A DNA stretch of 48,954 nt from an uncultured Candidatus Saccharibacteria bacterium (GTDB lineage Bacteria; Patescibacteriota; Doudnabacteria; UBA920): the NCBI GenBank assembly GCA_964592725.1, contig CAZQFQ010000003.1:1-48954 (forward strand), in the 5' to 3' direction. Both the position numbers and the translations under genes were made by a program. Under the pieces are notes generated by a model. The model saw only the letters and a list, made by a program, of their open reading frames with translations. It had not been told where the DNA came from and did no database searches. This document shows, one piece after another, positions 48,856 to 48,954 of this stretch (position 1 is the stretch's first letter; the number at the start of each line of letters is the position of its first letter).

Positions 48856-48884
48856 ATAATACTAAATCCCGCTATATTTGTCAA
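48856..48884 (-). promoter_or_regulatory. sigma70-type promoter upstream of secE
   Basis: Minus strand TTGACA, 17-nt spacer, TATTAT, about 150 nt upstream of the secE ATG. The leader contains several hairpins. Confidence 0.55.
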
Positions 48885-48954
48885 CCCCGCTAACCCGGGT
48901 GTCATTTAAAATTGAAAACCGGACTCCGTAAAGTTAAAAACCGGACTTTGGTGG

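Overview
Moderately AT-rich bacterial window. It is densely packed with short genes, and many have 1-20 nt spacers or ATGA start/stop overlaps. Gene content suggests a small-genome, probably CPR/Patescibacteria-like organism: TrbC/VirB2-type pilin-like proteins, many secreted cell-wall hydrolases, and housekeeping genes interleaved with orphan ORFs. That placement is inference only. The standard genetic code is supported, because RF2 is present and TGA is used as a stop.

Annotated content, in order:
- The 3' end of an ECF-type sigma factor and a membrane protein.
- A MacA/MacB-type efflux system.
- tRNA-Tyr followed by an AT-rich orphan island.
- ahcY and a G1 (eqolisin) peptidase.
- tRNA-Thr, rpmG, tRNA-Trp.
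- fmt, two DEDDh exonuclease paralogs, def.
- A TagA/WecG-Nudix fusion and gltX.
- A cell-wall hydrolase locus: an M23 peptidase plus two pilin-like proteins with an identical N-terminal module.
- An IscS/NifS-type cysteine desulfurase.
- An ORF-free, structured gap of about 0.4 kb.
- rpmA, pyrG, rplI, ftsEX, prfB.
- An 11-gene pyrimidine deoxynucleotide operon.
- An interrupted secE-nusG-rplK-rplA block.

Most noteworthy observations:
1. The deoxynucleotide operon has a thymidylate-synthase homologue carrying Asp at the Asn177 specificity position, which is the dCMP-type signature. Its Dcd-like protein lacks the catalytic Glu.
2. Two pilin-like genes share a 431-bp exact 5' module but carry different peptidoglycan-hydrolase C-termini.
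3. There are at least seven families of palindromic miniature repeats. Several are inserted in frame into essential genes (ahcY, iscS, prfB, fmt and an RNA methyltransferase).
4. A roughly 162-bp MITE-like hairpin element is present in three copies.
5. A candidate large ncRNA lies between iscS and its neighbour.
6. Back-to-back promoters share one -35 hexamer and drive the nucleotide operon and a terminator-bounded micro-transcript.

No CRISPR array, rRNA, transposase or integrase was seen.
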